From Octopus sinensis (Eukaryota), in assembly GCF_006345805.1 (NCBI RefSeq), contig NW_021833844.1, positions 1 through 46,514 of the forward strand: a stretch of DNA of 46,514 bases, read 5' to 3'. The notes beneath the pieces were generated by a model. The model saw only the letters and a program-made list of their open reading frames with translations, was not told the DNA's origin and ran no database searches. A program made the translations under genes and the position numbers. Shown here in pieces: positions 23,621 to 34,979 of this stretch; position 1 is the stretch's first letter; each line of letters opens with the position of its first letter.

Positions 23621-24572
23621 GATTATCATTGTAACATTAATAAATTAAAGATTATTTAACATGTTTTTTTAAATTTCAGAACAATTTATTTCAGAAACGA
23701 GTTAATTATAAGACAGGCAAGTTTTCCGCGGCTGACGACAGCAAAAATTGCCAAATATTCTACAATCGGGATTCGTACCGCTTTGTTCCTGTGGCAGTCG
23801 AGACTTCGGGTGTCACAGGAACTGTAACTGAGTCATTCCTTAAAGAAATCGGTCGAAAAATTGCTCATGTAAAAAACGATTGGAGGGAACCAACATGGCT
23901 TTGACAAAGAATAGGTTGGCCGTTGTTCTCGGCAATGCCTATTCGATTATGTCGTCAGTCGCTCGTTCTTAACATGTTTGAAATCGATTCATTAATATAT
24001 TTGTTCACTATAAAAAATTAAATTTCGGCTAATCAAAGAATTCTAATTTGACAACGCGCGGCCCATGTCACATATTATACGAAAGGATTCACAACTACTT
24101 TGATAGAAAATTACTTTCGTGAACCAATGAAGCGTCGGTTGTAGGTAATTAACACTATAAGAAATATGTTATAAAGTATGTAAAACAGTGAAATTTTATT
24201 ATTTTATAAAAACAATAAGCAGCGTTCCGCCAAATTAAAGGAGTTTGTGGACGATATGTCGAGGATGCCAAGAAGTACGAAAGCAAAAAAGTTTGAGAGC
24301 CACTGTTCTCGACTATGTTCGAATGCAAGTCGTAAAAAGGCGAAGTGGGAAAAGATAGCAAGAGGATATTCGAAATGCATAGTTTAAGCGAAACCCTTGT
24401 TGGGCTACGCGAAAAAGCGCTTTGTGTTCAACTAAATGAAACTAACTCCATTAAAATTATTTTTGGTGCAAGTAACTTTCAATATTAATTAAAAAAATAA
24501 ATACAGCTTTAAACTTATGCTGAAAACAATTTTTCAATCAAATTAGTTCTTTTTAAACATATGTCTAGTCAA
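23621..24572 (+). repeat. Second copy of the ~950-bp duplication (CRE fragment, one Ginger-like TIR, flank)
   Basis: Matches 9920-10873 and includes GGCCCATGTCACA|TATTA at ~24060-24077. Confidence 0.95.
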
Positions 24573-24579
24573 CCTCTGT

Positions 24580-25390
24580 CTCATGTTTGAGAGAAATATC
24601 ATCTTTACACACAGTATTCCGTTGGTCCTGAAAATCGGAAGATTTTGAGTTTTTATTCACTTTATTCTTTGCACCATGAGAAGCCAAACGTGCCATAAAA
24701 CAGATTCGGTCATATGAAAAAAGAATTGGATGGACTCCTCAGCTATAACTTGCAAAGACGTGGAGGACGCAATAAAATGCTCGAAGGATAATGCCCCAGG
24801 AAGAGACAAGATAACAATGCGATTGTTCAACCCCACGACAGACGGTCAGTGGTAAGATTACTGAACCTCGACTCGGATGAGCTAAAATTAAAAAGAGGTG
24901 TCCCCCAGGGATCAGTACTCAGTCCTCTGTTATTTAACATTGTCATGAATAATCTACCTTCCCCAAACAATGTACGCACGGAAATTCTATTATGTTTTTA
25001 ACACGGTGATCTTACCAGGACTTATATTTGGAAAAGAGGCATGGTACTTCTCTAGAAAGAGGAGTTCCATTATCGGGAAGTTTGAGAATACTCGGAGACT
25101 GGCGTTAAAAATCGCCTACTCCCAAAGCCTGGAATGCCCGATTCCCCCATGGCTCGAGGCTAAAACGCCTACGGTGGGGAAAATCGTTGAAAAAAGCATC
25201 AAAAACTACAAATTCTGGTCAACAGTCACTGAGACTTACCTGCAAAGGTAATTCTATACTGAGAGGTTGGGGTCCCTCCTTTCTTTTTTGTTTCGCGGAA
25301 GAAGTCGGTGAGCAAGCCTTACCGTTTCATTAATTATTACCCTACATACTATCCGTTGTTACCTAAATAAAGTTGTTGATTGATTGATTA
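24580..25390 (+). mobile_element. LINE remnant (Jockey/I/CR1-like RT), internally deleted
   Basis: APGRDKIT and KRGVPQGSVLSPLLFNIVM motifs; ends in AATAAA followed by a (TTGA)n tail at ~25375-25389. Confidence 0.75.
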
Positions 25391-25850
25391 AGTATCAATT
25401 TAAATTTATTGCTCGACACCCATTTTCTATCGATCCATATTTTTAACCAGGCATATTTTTAATGAGCACGACAAAGATTTTCAATCGATCAAAAGCATTC
25501 TAAATGCAAATTACTAAAAAGACTTAACAAAAAATAAAGCATGTCGTTTCAGCAAAAAATTGCTGTTAAAGACAATTAATGATTCACCTGAAATCCTAGC
25601 TCGAAATCATTAAAGAGGGGAAAAAATGAACTCTAATAATCTAACATTATAAATAAAAAATGCTAAAGGAAAAGTATAAACGGTCGAGAATTATCTACTT
25701 TGGTTTTTATGTTGTTGGTCTCAGGGTGGTTTTTAATTTTACTACAGTTATTGACTCTTATTTCTGAAGTATTGAAGTTCTATTCCTATAGCCTTTTAAA
25801 CTAATTTTAAAATATAACATAAAACTTTGGATAAATGAAACCAAACAAAA

Positions 25851-26750
25851 TCAACCAAACCAAAAGAGATAGTTAAATGGGTTTATTAAATGGAAAAGGT
25901 AACCCAATGGAAAAAGAAACCCCAGGTTAAAAAAAGGCCTGCATTTTAATTTCAAATCTTTGTTATCAAGTTTGTACGCTTTCTTCAAGTAATAGAATTG
26001 CGTACAGTAGACTGTCGACAAATTGATAAACAGGCCGTTTTTAATCACCTCAAATTGTTTAAATCCCAATTTTTTTATTTTCGAATTCATATCTCCTAAT
26101 ATAACAACTGAATCGGATCCGGACCTACAATATCTTAGACAATGCAAATACAGGCTGTCTCCGCCAATATACTCCAAATTTTTAAAAAACTCAAGAGTTT
26201 GTAATTCATTGGGAACGGAAAAGAGGATGAATCCAGTCACTGCCTGGATCCAACTTAAATATTTCAGGTTCTCGATTCGAATAGTTCTATTTATAGTAAT
26301 TTGCAATCATTACTCTTTAGGCATTATGTAAAGACTTCCGATTACGACAGAACAACGCTCAAATTGTTTGATGTTCGAATTGGTGATTGCAATTTTATCA
26401 TCCACGATTTCACAAACTATTTTTTGTAAATAAAGACATTTCTAAACTATAAAAGTTGTTGAAAAGGTTCATTTTTATTGCGAGTCCGCCCATTAATACT
26501 TCCCGTTGTCCACATTCCCACTCATTTTCACAATAGTAAATTATTTGTTCTGTGAAAATTGTTGTCATCAAAAAACTTTTAGCAAGTGTAGCGCCACATG
26601 GATATTCTGTGAACCTAACTCGCTCTTCCCCAGAATCCAGCGTGAATTTCTTGTTTTAAAACATTCTATGTATAAATAATAAGTAAATTTCTACCTTGTG
26701 AATTCACAATAAAAACCAGTGAGCTTACAATCGCTAAATAACCGAGCATT
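25851..26750 (-). CDS. Receptor L-domain protein (EGFR/insulin-receptor-like ectodomain segment), partial
   Basis: FERCSVVIGSLYI^...L.YL..I..VTGFI....L.TLEFFKNLEYIGG..LY...LGF, with Cys-containing upstream exons and tiny introns. Boundaries unresolved; no kinase domain in the window. Confidence 0.65.
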
Positions 26751-26804
26751 TTAACGAACGGCAAATCAATCTCTTTTTATAATAATCAGGAGACAGAATC
26801 AATG

Positions 26805-27135
26805 TGTGGGTCCACGATCTCTCCGAACGGTTTGCACGCACTCTCGTGCAAGAAGAGTGCTGGCAGAATTCCTCGCCACACTCACCTCAATGACGTCGTG
26901 AAAAAAGCTCTAGACGGCAGGTTTCCCCTCCACTCTAGAGCCAGTCGGTCTCTGCCGGAGTGATGGAAAGCGTCCTGACGGGATGACTACCTTCCCTTTC
27001 AGGGAAGGCAAGTCCCTGATTTGGGATGCAACTTGTGTTGACTCGTTCTCCGCGTCGGTGTTACTCAAGTCCATCACTAACCCGGGTTCTGCCAGTGCTC
27101 AGGCTGAGGAGGCTAAGAGGTCGAAGTATGGAAAT
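26805..27135 (+). mobile_element. CRE-like fragment
   Basis: GLHALSCKKSAGRIPRHTHLNDVVK...DGKRPDGMTTFPFREGKSLIWDATCVDSFS. Confidence 0.85.
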
Positions 27136-27605
27136 ATTTACTTTTTTTCCATTTTTGAAAATTTTTTTTTGTAAACTAGAGTTCTTTAAAAACTTAGACT
27201 TAAGTGCTATTAACAGTATGGAATTTAGAAAACTTCGTATAAGTAAATTTGTTTTTTAAGAATTCTTTAATTAATTAAAGCAACGTATTTTTTTATTATT
27301 AGAACCAAGATCACCTTCCAAAACATAGAACTAATCAATCAGGTGATCCTGGCTTCGTTGGCGATCCCCACCCCAAGTTGGTAAGGAGAAAATTCTGAGC
27401 TGAGGCGGGGGCATACACTCTTCGCTCCCAATTTAGCAGTCAAGTGGCGGAAGTAGTTTCCAATTGCTATAGCCAAGATTAATTGATTTTAAATAACCTT
27501 TTTCAATAATCTGGTTATTATTGGATTTTTGCTCTCTCTAAAGGTGAGAATTACTGACATTCAAAACTGCTTTGTAATAAAAATAAAGTTTTTTTCATTA
27601 ATTAT

Positions 27606-28919
27606 TGTGACCGGTTTTATTTTTGACCAGGTTTTATTTTGGACCGACATGCTCAGATTATAATAAAATTATATTTTTTGTTAATTTCTCCACTAAAAAA
27701 AAGAGATAATAATATAAAAATAATAAAAAACCTTAATATTTATTTAATTAATTAAAGCGTGCATAATGGTTCTAGTAGATTTAACAAGAGAAGAATTGAA
27801 AATAATCAGTGATATTAAGAATAGTATATTAATTGATTTCAATATGGACAAAAGAAAAAAGTATCGCCTTAAAAAAATCGCAAAATTTTTTAATTTTGTT
27901 GACGAAAAGGCATATTTTGTAAAGAATAACAAAAATCTTCGTTTTTTTTGTTCGGAAGAGAGAGAACTTAAGCTAAAAACTATCCAAGTAAGCTCATATA
28001 TTGAATTTAAAGCTATTAAATAATGAAAATCATTTTGGGCGTGATCGGATGTTAAGCCTATAAAGAAATAAAATTTACTGCGTCAAACGTTCTGAAATCT
28101 GCGATGTAATTAAATCATGTGTTGAGTGCCAGGTAATATTTTTCATTTACAAATAGTTAAAAATTTTATGTGTACGAAGCCTAGTATTACTCCAATTATT
28201 GCGAAAAGACCTCGAGATAGATATCTCGCGGATCTCGTAGATCTAAGGAGATATTCTAAAATAAACGATTCATATTCGTCTTAATCGATTCATTTTCAAA
28301 ATTTGCTGTAGTCGAATTATCTAAAACAAAATCTGCTGAGGAAATTTCTCAACTTTTTTTGAAGATTTTTTACACATACGGACCTCCAGTCATTCTACAT
28401 ACAGACAATGGATTGGAGTTCAAAAATTCAAAGATGGATGAACTTGCTGGAAAATTCAACATCAAGCGAGTATTCGGCAGACCACGATGCCCGTGGATTC
28501 AAGGACAAGTAGAAAGGTAACTAATTTTTTATATAAAGATTTAATCAATCAATCAAAAGATGGATATCTTCAACAAGCAATTCCAATGGGAGATTTTAGG
28601 ATTTTGGGTGTTAGGGCTATTATTAGAATGTATATGTGTTAGGGTTATATTTTTAAATTTTTAATTACTAGAATTATATTTAGTTTTTAATTTTTTTTGG
28701 AATGGAAGACCAATTTTTAAATAAATATCGTAACGGCAACGCTGTAATTATCAAATTTGTTGATTGGTTGGTTTGTGCATACTTCCATTTTTTAAAAAAC
28801 AAAATGAAATCAAGAAAAAACTATATAAAAGTATAATTTAACATTAACTAATATATTTTTAGTGGAATAAAATTTTTATTATTGATTTTTTTTCTCGGTC
28901 CAAAATAAAACCTGTGACA
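27606..28919 (+). mobile_element. Ginger/GIN-like integrase transposon, family B, with three tiny introns
   Basis: Imperfect 23-bp TIR TGT(G/C)AC.GGTTTTATTTT.GACC and 5-bp TSD ATTAT. ATG at 27766; H.G....C..C; RYLADLVD; LHTDNGLEF; GRPRCPWIQGQVER^FNQ. Introns 27988-28012, 28133-28156 and 28517-28538. Confidence 0.85.
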
Positions 28920-29117
28920 ATTATTATTAATTATCTTAATTTTAAAATGGTAAACCTAATACCTAATAAATTAAGCCACGTGTGAGCACGCTGTAGATTT
29001 ACTTTGTGGTGCTCTCTTAATTATTTGCTACACTTTATTTGTTTATCTTAATTGGATTCAGAAGGAATAATTCAAGATTTATTTTCTTTTAATGATTTAA
29101 TTATCTGAAAGTTCATC

Positions 29118-29310
29118 ATTTTTGTGATATTTTTCGATTTTATTCCTTTAATCTCCTTTTTTTTTACTTATTTATACTTTTTGTGATATTTTTCGAGTTT
29201 GTTCTTTTAATCTCCTTTTTTTACTTATTTCTATTTATATTTTTTGTGATATTTATCGATTTTGTTTTTTAAATCTCCTTTTTTACTTATTTATACTTTT
29301 GTGATATATA
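29118..29310 (+). repeat. Tandem repeat, ~60-bp unit, about 3 copies
   Basis: Unit TTTTGTGATATTT.TCGA.TTT.TT..TTTAATCTCCTTTTTTACTTAT.TTTATA.T. Confidence 0.8.
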
Positions 29311-29779
29311 GTGTCACCGGCTTTAGAGCGGACCCGGTTTTTGGAAGGACCACACAAAAAATTGTATAAATCGTTTTATTTTATCCTGGAAATAGTTATA
29401 CAATAAATTAGACCATGTTTAAATAATTTCTTAAGCTGTTCTGATTTTATCATTGCTCACAAAACCAACATACATACCCTTCAAAAGTGCTTTTTAAATT
29501 TTAAATAAGTAATTTATTTGATTTTTGTGTAAAATATAAAAAAAACATTATATTTTTATTTAATGATTTAAACCTAAATATTTTAAAAATCAAATCTAAA
29601 AATAACTGTCAATAAAAAACTATTCTAACCCACAAGGTTTGATATAAAAATTCAACCAGTCCCCTATGCGGCTACGGTCGCGGTATCTCTTCACTTAGAG
29701 AATTTTAAAATTTAGTTAAACTTTTTTATTCTAGAAATATTAATATTCTTATGGACATTTCCATTTTCATCTTCTAAAG

Positions 29780-32700
29780 CAGGGGTCACCAAACTTTTTG
29801 CACTCGCGGGCCGGATTGACCCCAACACAATGAACGCGGGCCGGAGCACGTGCATAGGATTATAATTTTACTAGAAATTCATAAGTGTGTTTTTTACAAA
29901 AAAAACTACAGTCCGACCCCCAAATGGGCACCAAGTGCCCCAAAATGCGGGGGTGCCCCAAAAACAGGGGTTTGTTATTTTTTTAAAATTAAACCATTAA
30001 TAATAACACATCAAAAAACATTTTTACTAAAATATTCAGTTATTTTCTTTTTATTTGTAGAGTTTGTCTGATATTGTTCGTCAATTTCAGCCGAAAATCA
30101 AAAAAATCTCGGAGCATACTTGGTGCAACATTAGAAATTTTTTCTTCTAAATTGTTAAGCAGATCTTTTGTTTTGCTACGACATTTTCACTATTTTCGGT
30201 TTCTGAATATGTATCATAAACATTATTGTTCATGTTTTCGCATTCTCCATCAATTGTTTCGTTAACAACTTGATCTAAATGTTCATCTGTTAGACAGTTT
30301 TTGTTGCATAAGAATCACGGTTCCTGTCGATTTTCTTCCAACAATTAACAAACTTTAGCATCTATTTCTCCCATCCTTTGAAATTAGCATCATAACCTGA
30401 CGCAAATTTAATTTACCAATAGAATGTGTGTAAAATCGTTTCGAAATCTTGAAAACATAAAAATTCCATAAGAAAGAGGAATAATAAATCTTTAAAAATC
30501 TTGATTATTCCCATATCCAAAGGTTGTAAATAGGGCGTTGTATTTTCGGCAAAAATAAAATTCGATGTTCGAACATTCGGCAGTTTTATGGCATCCCGCA
30601 TTGTCAAGTATTAATAATATTTTTCTGTTGTTTTTGCAAAACGATTCATTATAAGTGTAAGCCAACTCAAAAGTCTTTCCAGTCATCCATGCATTTTGAG
30701 AAGATGAATTACAATAACCCAAAATCTGAAACATCAAAATTTTTTAGACACCGAGGTTTTTTATATTTCCAATAATCAATGGATTAAGTTTTCCCCGATT
30801 AAAACTGCAGCATAGAAGAACAGTGAGTCTTTCTTTCCCTTGGTTTATAACCAAAACACGGTTCGCTTGTTCAACAAATGATTTTGAGGAGTTCTTTTTA
30901 TAAAAAGCGCAGTTTCATCACAATTAAATATATTCTCAGGTCCATATTTAATACTTTCTGGTCATATCTTTCAAAATAATTTTTCACATAAGATAAATCA
31001 CATGAAGCTTTTTCACCACATATGACTTGAATTGAAGTTCATGCCGCAAATTTAATTATCAAGCCACCCATTGGAAGCTTTAAAAGAAGTAAATCCAATT
31101 TTGAAGCTGTAACTAAGGCAATTTTTTTCAAATAGGGCCTGAAATCGGAATTTTATCTACGCGTAGTCTTTGAAATATTTCAAAGACTGATCATCAAATT
31201 TATCTTTATCGGCTTTAAAGTGTCATATTCCTCAGAATAGTATTGCCGTGTGTGCAAGAAAGGTACAATATTCGTTTTATTTTGATATTGTTCCTTTACT
31301 TGTGTTGTACTTTTTCATTAGTTGCCTCTCAGATAAATTTTTCTTCAAAATTTCTTTAGCAATCTTCAATTTAGTTTCGTAATCAATAAACAAACAATAA
31401 AATTAAATTGAAATAAAACAAAAAATAATTATTATTATAATTTATTTTTTTAATTTTTTCCTTAAATGATTTTATGGTGCCCAAAAAATTCCATAATTTT
31501 TTATCGATTTTTATTTTTTTCTGCCAAAATGTACTTTGGAATAAAGTGCCCCAAAATTGCGGGGGTGCCACAAATCCGAGGGTGCCCCAACCCGGGTCTG
31601 CCCCATTTGGGGTCGGACTGTAATTTAACAAAAATAAAGTAAAACAAAAATTTAATGAGAGCTATGGAACTGTGATTTTTTTGATAAGTTCATCAATATT
31701 TGGTTTTAAATTGCTGCATCCTATCATGAGAATTGATTTTAAGTGTCCGTCAGTCAATCTTGCACGATGGGCAGACTTTAACAATATTCATCCTCGAAAA
31801 CGTTTGCTCACATTGGTAAGTTGTGCCAAATATAGAAAATATCTTTATCGCACAAATCTTTAGTCTCGGAAACTCATCATCTTGAGATATTCGTAGAACT
31901 CAGCGAGTTTGGTCCGTCTGTGACAATCTTTGAGCTGTTCATTTGATTGTAAGTCAATAACTTCTAATGTAATTCATGTTGAACATTTTCACATTACAAA
32001 AAATGGATTTTCGAACAAAATTATATCGCTTTCAATTTTGTCAAGTTCAGAAAAACTTATGTAAAAAATGATTTTTAATTCTTTGATAATTCCAATTTGG
32101 AAAGTAATGTCGATCTCATTACAGTTTGCCTCACAAAAACTTTTAAAACAAGAAAAGTGTGTGAAAAATGACGTACTCAAGTTGTGACTCGAATAACATC
32201 AATTTTTGTCGAAATGCTTTAATTATCCTGTAGAAATCACAAATTAAGTTTCCTTTCCTTGTAATTTCAGATTAGCTCATTCATGTGAGTTGTAACATCA
32301 ACAAAAAATGATAATTTTGATAGCCAAGCAAGATCTGATAATTCGGGATAATAGTTATTTTTACTGGTTAGAAAATATCAATCTCACTTCGGAGTTTATA
32401 AAATCTATTTAATACATTACCACAGCTAAGCCATCTAACTGCAGTGTAATATGGTAAGTCAAAATATTCAGATCCAAAATCGTCAAGTAAAACTTTAAAT
32501 GACGGTGATTAAGTGAGCTCCCTCGAACAAAGTTTATTATGCGAATAACTGGATTCAACACACATGAAATATTAAGAGCCTTCGCACATAGTGCGTGCTG
32601 ATGAAGGATGAAATGAATGAACAAAGTGTTTGAAATATGTAATTCCTCCATTTATTAGTTATTTGCCCAACTAGACCCTTTTTAGAACCAGCCATATTCT

Positions 32701-33300
32701 TTGCCCCGTCAATCGTAACACAACTCAGTTTCTCCCATTCAAGGTTATAGTCACTTATAGTTTGTTCCAATTCATCAAAAATATCTTTTCCAGGGTTGTT
32801 CCATGAATAGACACAAACAGATGCCAGTTCTTCAGTTATGGAAATATTCTCATCAACTCCACGAATAAAAATAAGAAGTTGCGATGTTCCGAAATGTCAA
32901 CTGACTCATCCAATGCAAGAGAATACCACAACATATTACTTGTCTTTTCACAAATTTGTAATATATATTTTTCCAAGCTCTTCAGTTCTCCGTGATACAG
33001 AACTCGCCGACAAACTTATTCCATCAAATAGGAAGAGAATTAGTGGGCACAAACAATTAACTGCTTCAATAATGAATTTTTGATATACATCCCATCACTA
33101 AAGGGTTTCCGTGTTGTGAAATAATTTCGTTATCTCGATCCAGCTCTTGTTACATTTCATTATTTCAAATTTTTTTTTATAAGGCCTGTTGAATTTGTAA
33201 AGTGCGTTTCAGTGATTCAACTTTATCCTCGAATCTAAAGAATAGTTGTAATATTTTCTTCGATATTTTGTTATTTTTGTTGTATCGACATTATCAAATA
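29780..33300 (-). mobile_element. hAT transposon (GTF2IRD2/SPIN/Charlie-like), decayed, 5' end truncated, pogo inserted
   Basis: Terminus CAGGGGTCACCAAACT with GCGGGCCGG subterminal motifs. Minus strand gives VTIDGAKNMAG.KKG, HFILHQHALC, LPYYTAVRWLS and IFGTTYQCEQTFS.MN...R.RLTD.HL. Confidence 0.85.
29909..31620 (-). mobile_element. pogo/Tigger transposon, copy 2 (full-length, many single-base indels)
   Basis: Same TIRs as 971-2577, TA on both sides; retains the QPLDMGII segment missing from copy 1. Confidence 0.92.
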
Positions 33301-33324
33301 AGGGAAGCCTCTCTTGTTGGTTTA

Positions 33325-33385
33325 TGTGACATGATTGCGTGACACCTAATGGGCCGCGTGATACCTGACGTGACCTTGACGCTTA
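33325..33385. mobile_element. Solitary family-A-like Ginger terminus
   Basis: TGTGACATG followed by GGGCCGCG; no partner TIR found. Confidence 0.35.
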
Positions 33386-33491
33386 ACTAATGTCAATATT
33401 TAGATTGTTTGACCCAAAAAGTGTCGAGGAAACAAAATTAAAGGCCGGTTCTTTTTTTTGTAACGAAGAGATCGAAAGTAATTATTACAAT

Positions 33492-33895
33492 CTAAAGCTA
33501 CTGATGATCGAGAAGACGTTGCCCTCAGGATCGCAATGGAGATTCTTGGAACAACATTGCTTCTTCCGAGGCTGTCTCGTCTTCTCGAGATCAGATCCCG
33601 ATTTCCCGACGAGTTCGAACGATTTTTGCTCATGACCCCGGAGGTTTCTCACGGATATTGGGGAGAAGATGAAGTGTCCAGCAGGTTGGAATATTTCTGA
33701 AATATGTACTCAGCCTTCTCAGCGGCTGAGCCTACTGATCGCGGAGTCAACTATATTGGTCTTTGAGAAGGTGTCTGTGCACGTGGAGTCCCACGCGAGG
33801 CATTTCCCATACTCCACGGAAAATGGTGACTCCATCTGGGCGTTACCGTCTCCACGGTCAAGCCCAACGGGTTCCAGTTCTGTCGGGAATCCAAT
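33492..33895 (-). mobile_element. CRE-like 3' fragment
   Basis: GFPTELEPVGLDRGDG...AWDSTCTDTFS...LFQESPLRS/QRISIAILR-like end, with frameshifts. Confidence 0.8.
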
Positions 33896-34601
33896 ATTGT
33901 TAGTTAATATTAAACTTCAAAGAATAATAACTTGTTAATTATTTTTAAGTCTGGACATTGGCACAATCGAAATTTCGCTCATCGAATTTTTTATCTATTA
34001 AATTTAATGTTTAAACTACCTCAACGCGATTGTTTGATAAAATACTGGTAATTTCTGCAGATGGATAATATGGAGATTCAAACTATCCAGTCGCAACGAA
34101 GGATTTGTTCCTAACCCCTCCAAGATAGGGTATGGTCACCACTGTTGTCATACTTATATGATTCGAAGACGAAATTAGAAAATTCAAAGCTACCATTCGG
34201 AACATTTTATCAATTTAACACGTTGATATATTCATAAATATCACTTTAATCGCTCCGTAGGGTTTATATCACAACATCAAAGACGGTAGAATATGAAATT
34301 GTAGTATGGTTTTAAGAAATAAGATCAAAGAAAAATTTATTCTCGCAAAATGGATTTAGGTGGATTTTTTAAATTTAATTCGTCAAAAAGACTGGAATTT
34401 AGGCTAAACATCTGTTTTAGATCACTTTAGTTCAAAATAAAATAATTCAGTTTGTACTATTGGATTCAAACAACTTTTTATAATTTTCAGTTCCATCATT
34501 ATGTTATAAAGCATAAAGCCGTGTTCTTCATCTTTATTAGTTTAGCCCCCTTACTTATTTAGTTTAATTATTTTTAAATTTTGTGCATATAAAATTTTTT
34601 A

Positions 34602-34900
34602 GCCGGGATGGTACAGTACAGTGCTTGACAAACTTGTAGTTTTCCGAAACTCCTGGGTTCGAATCCACTGTCATCATTCCGGCCAAAGGTTCATGCATAT
34701 TACATGCATCCCGGATTGACGAGTGACGCCGTCAACAGTGATACATCACTGCGGAACCGGATGTCTACATCGCCACAAGCGAGAAACACAGATGGAGCAG
34801 AGACATCGTTCGTTCGGATTCCCTTCGTTCGGATTATCTAGTACTAAATAACATGTTCTCTCTCTGTGTTGCACATGCGGGGTTACTATAAACATTATGG
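34602..34900 (+). mobile_element. tRNA-derived SINE or structured Pol III-type repeat
   Basis: 5' GCCGGGATGGTACAG (A-box-like) and B-box GGTTCGAATCC at 34656-34666, followed by a GC-rich hairpin-forming body. 3' end uncertain. Confidence 0.6.
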
Positions 34901-34979
34901 CTTTCGTGAAAGTGTTATAATAATAATATAAAATAAAAATTTTTATTGATTATTCAGTTACTCGTAAATTCAGTTAATC

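Noticed and set aside
29118-29310. CRISPR-like array
   Set aside because: Contiguous degenerate tandem units with no unique spacers, in a eukaryotic context.
29305-29350. pogo-like terminus TAGTGTCACCGGCTTTAGAGCGGACC
   Set aside because: No partner TIR or coding remnant found.
34602-34675. Functional tRNA gene
   Set aside because: The B-box is present, but no complete cloverleaf or acceptor stem could be folded; treated as a SINE head.
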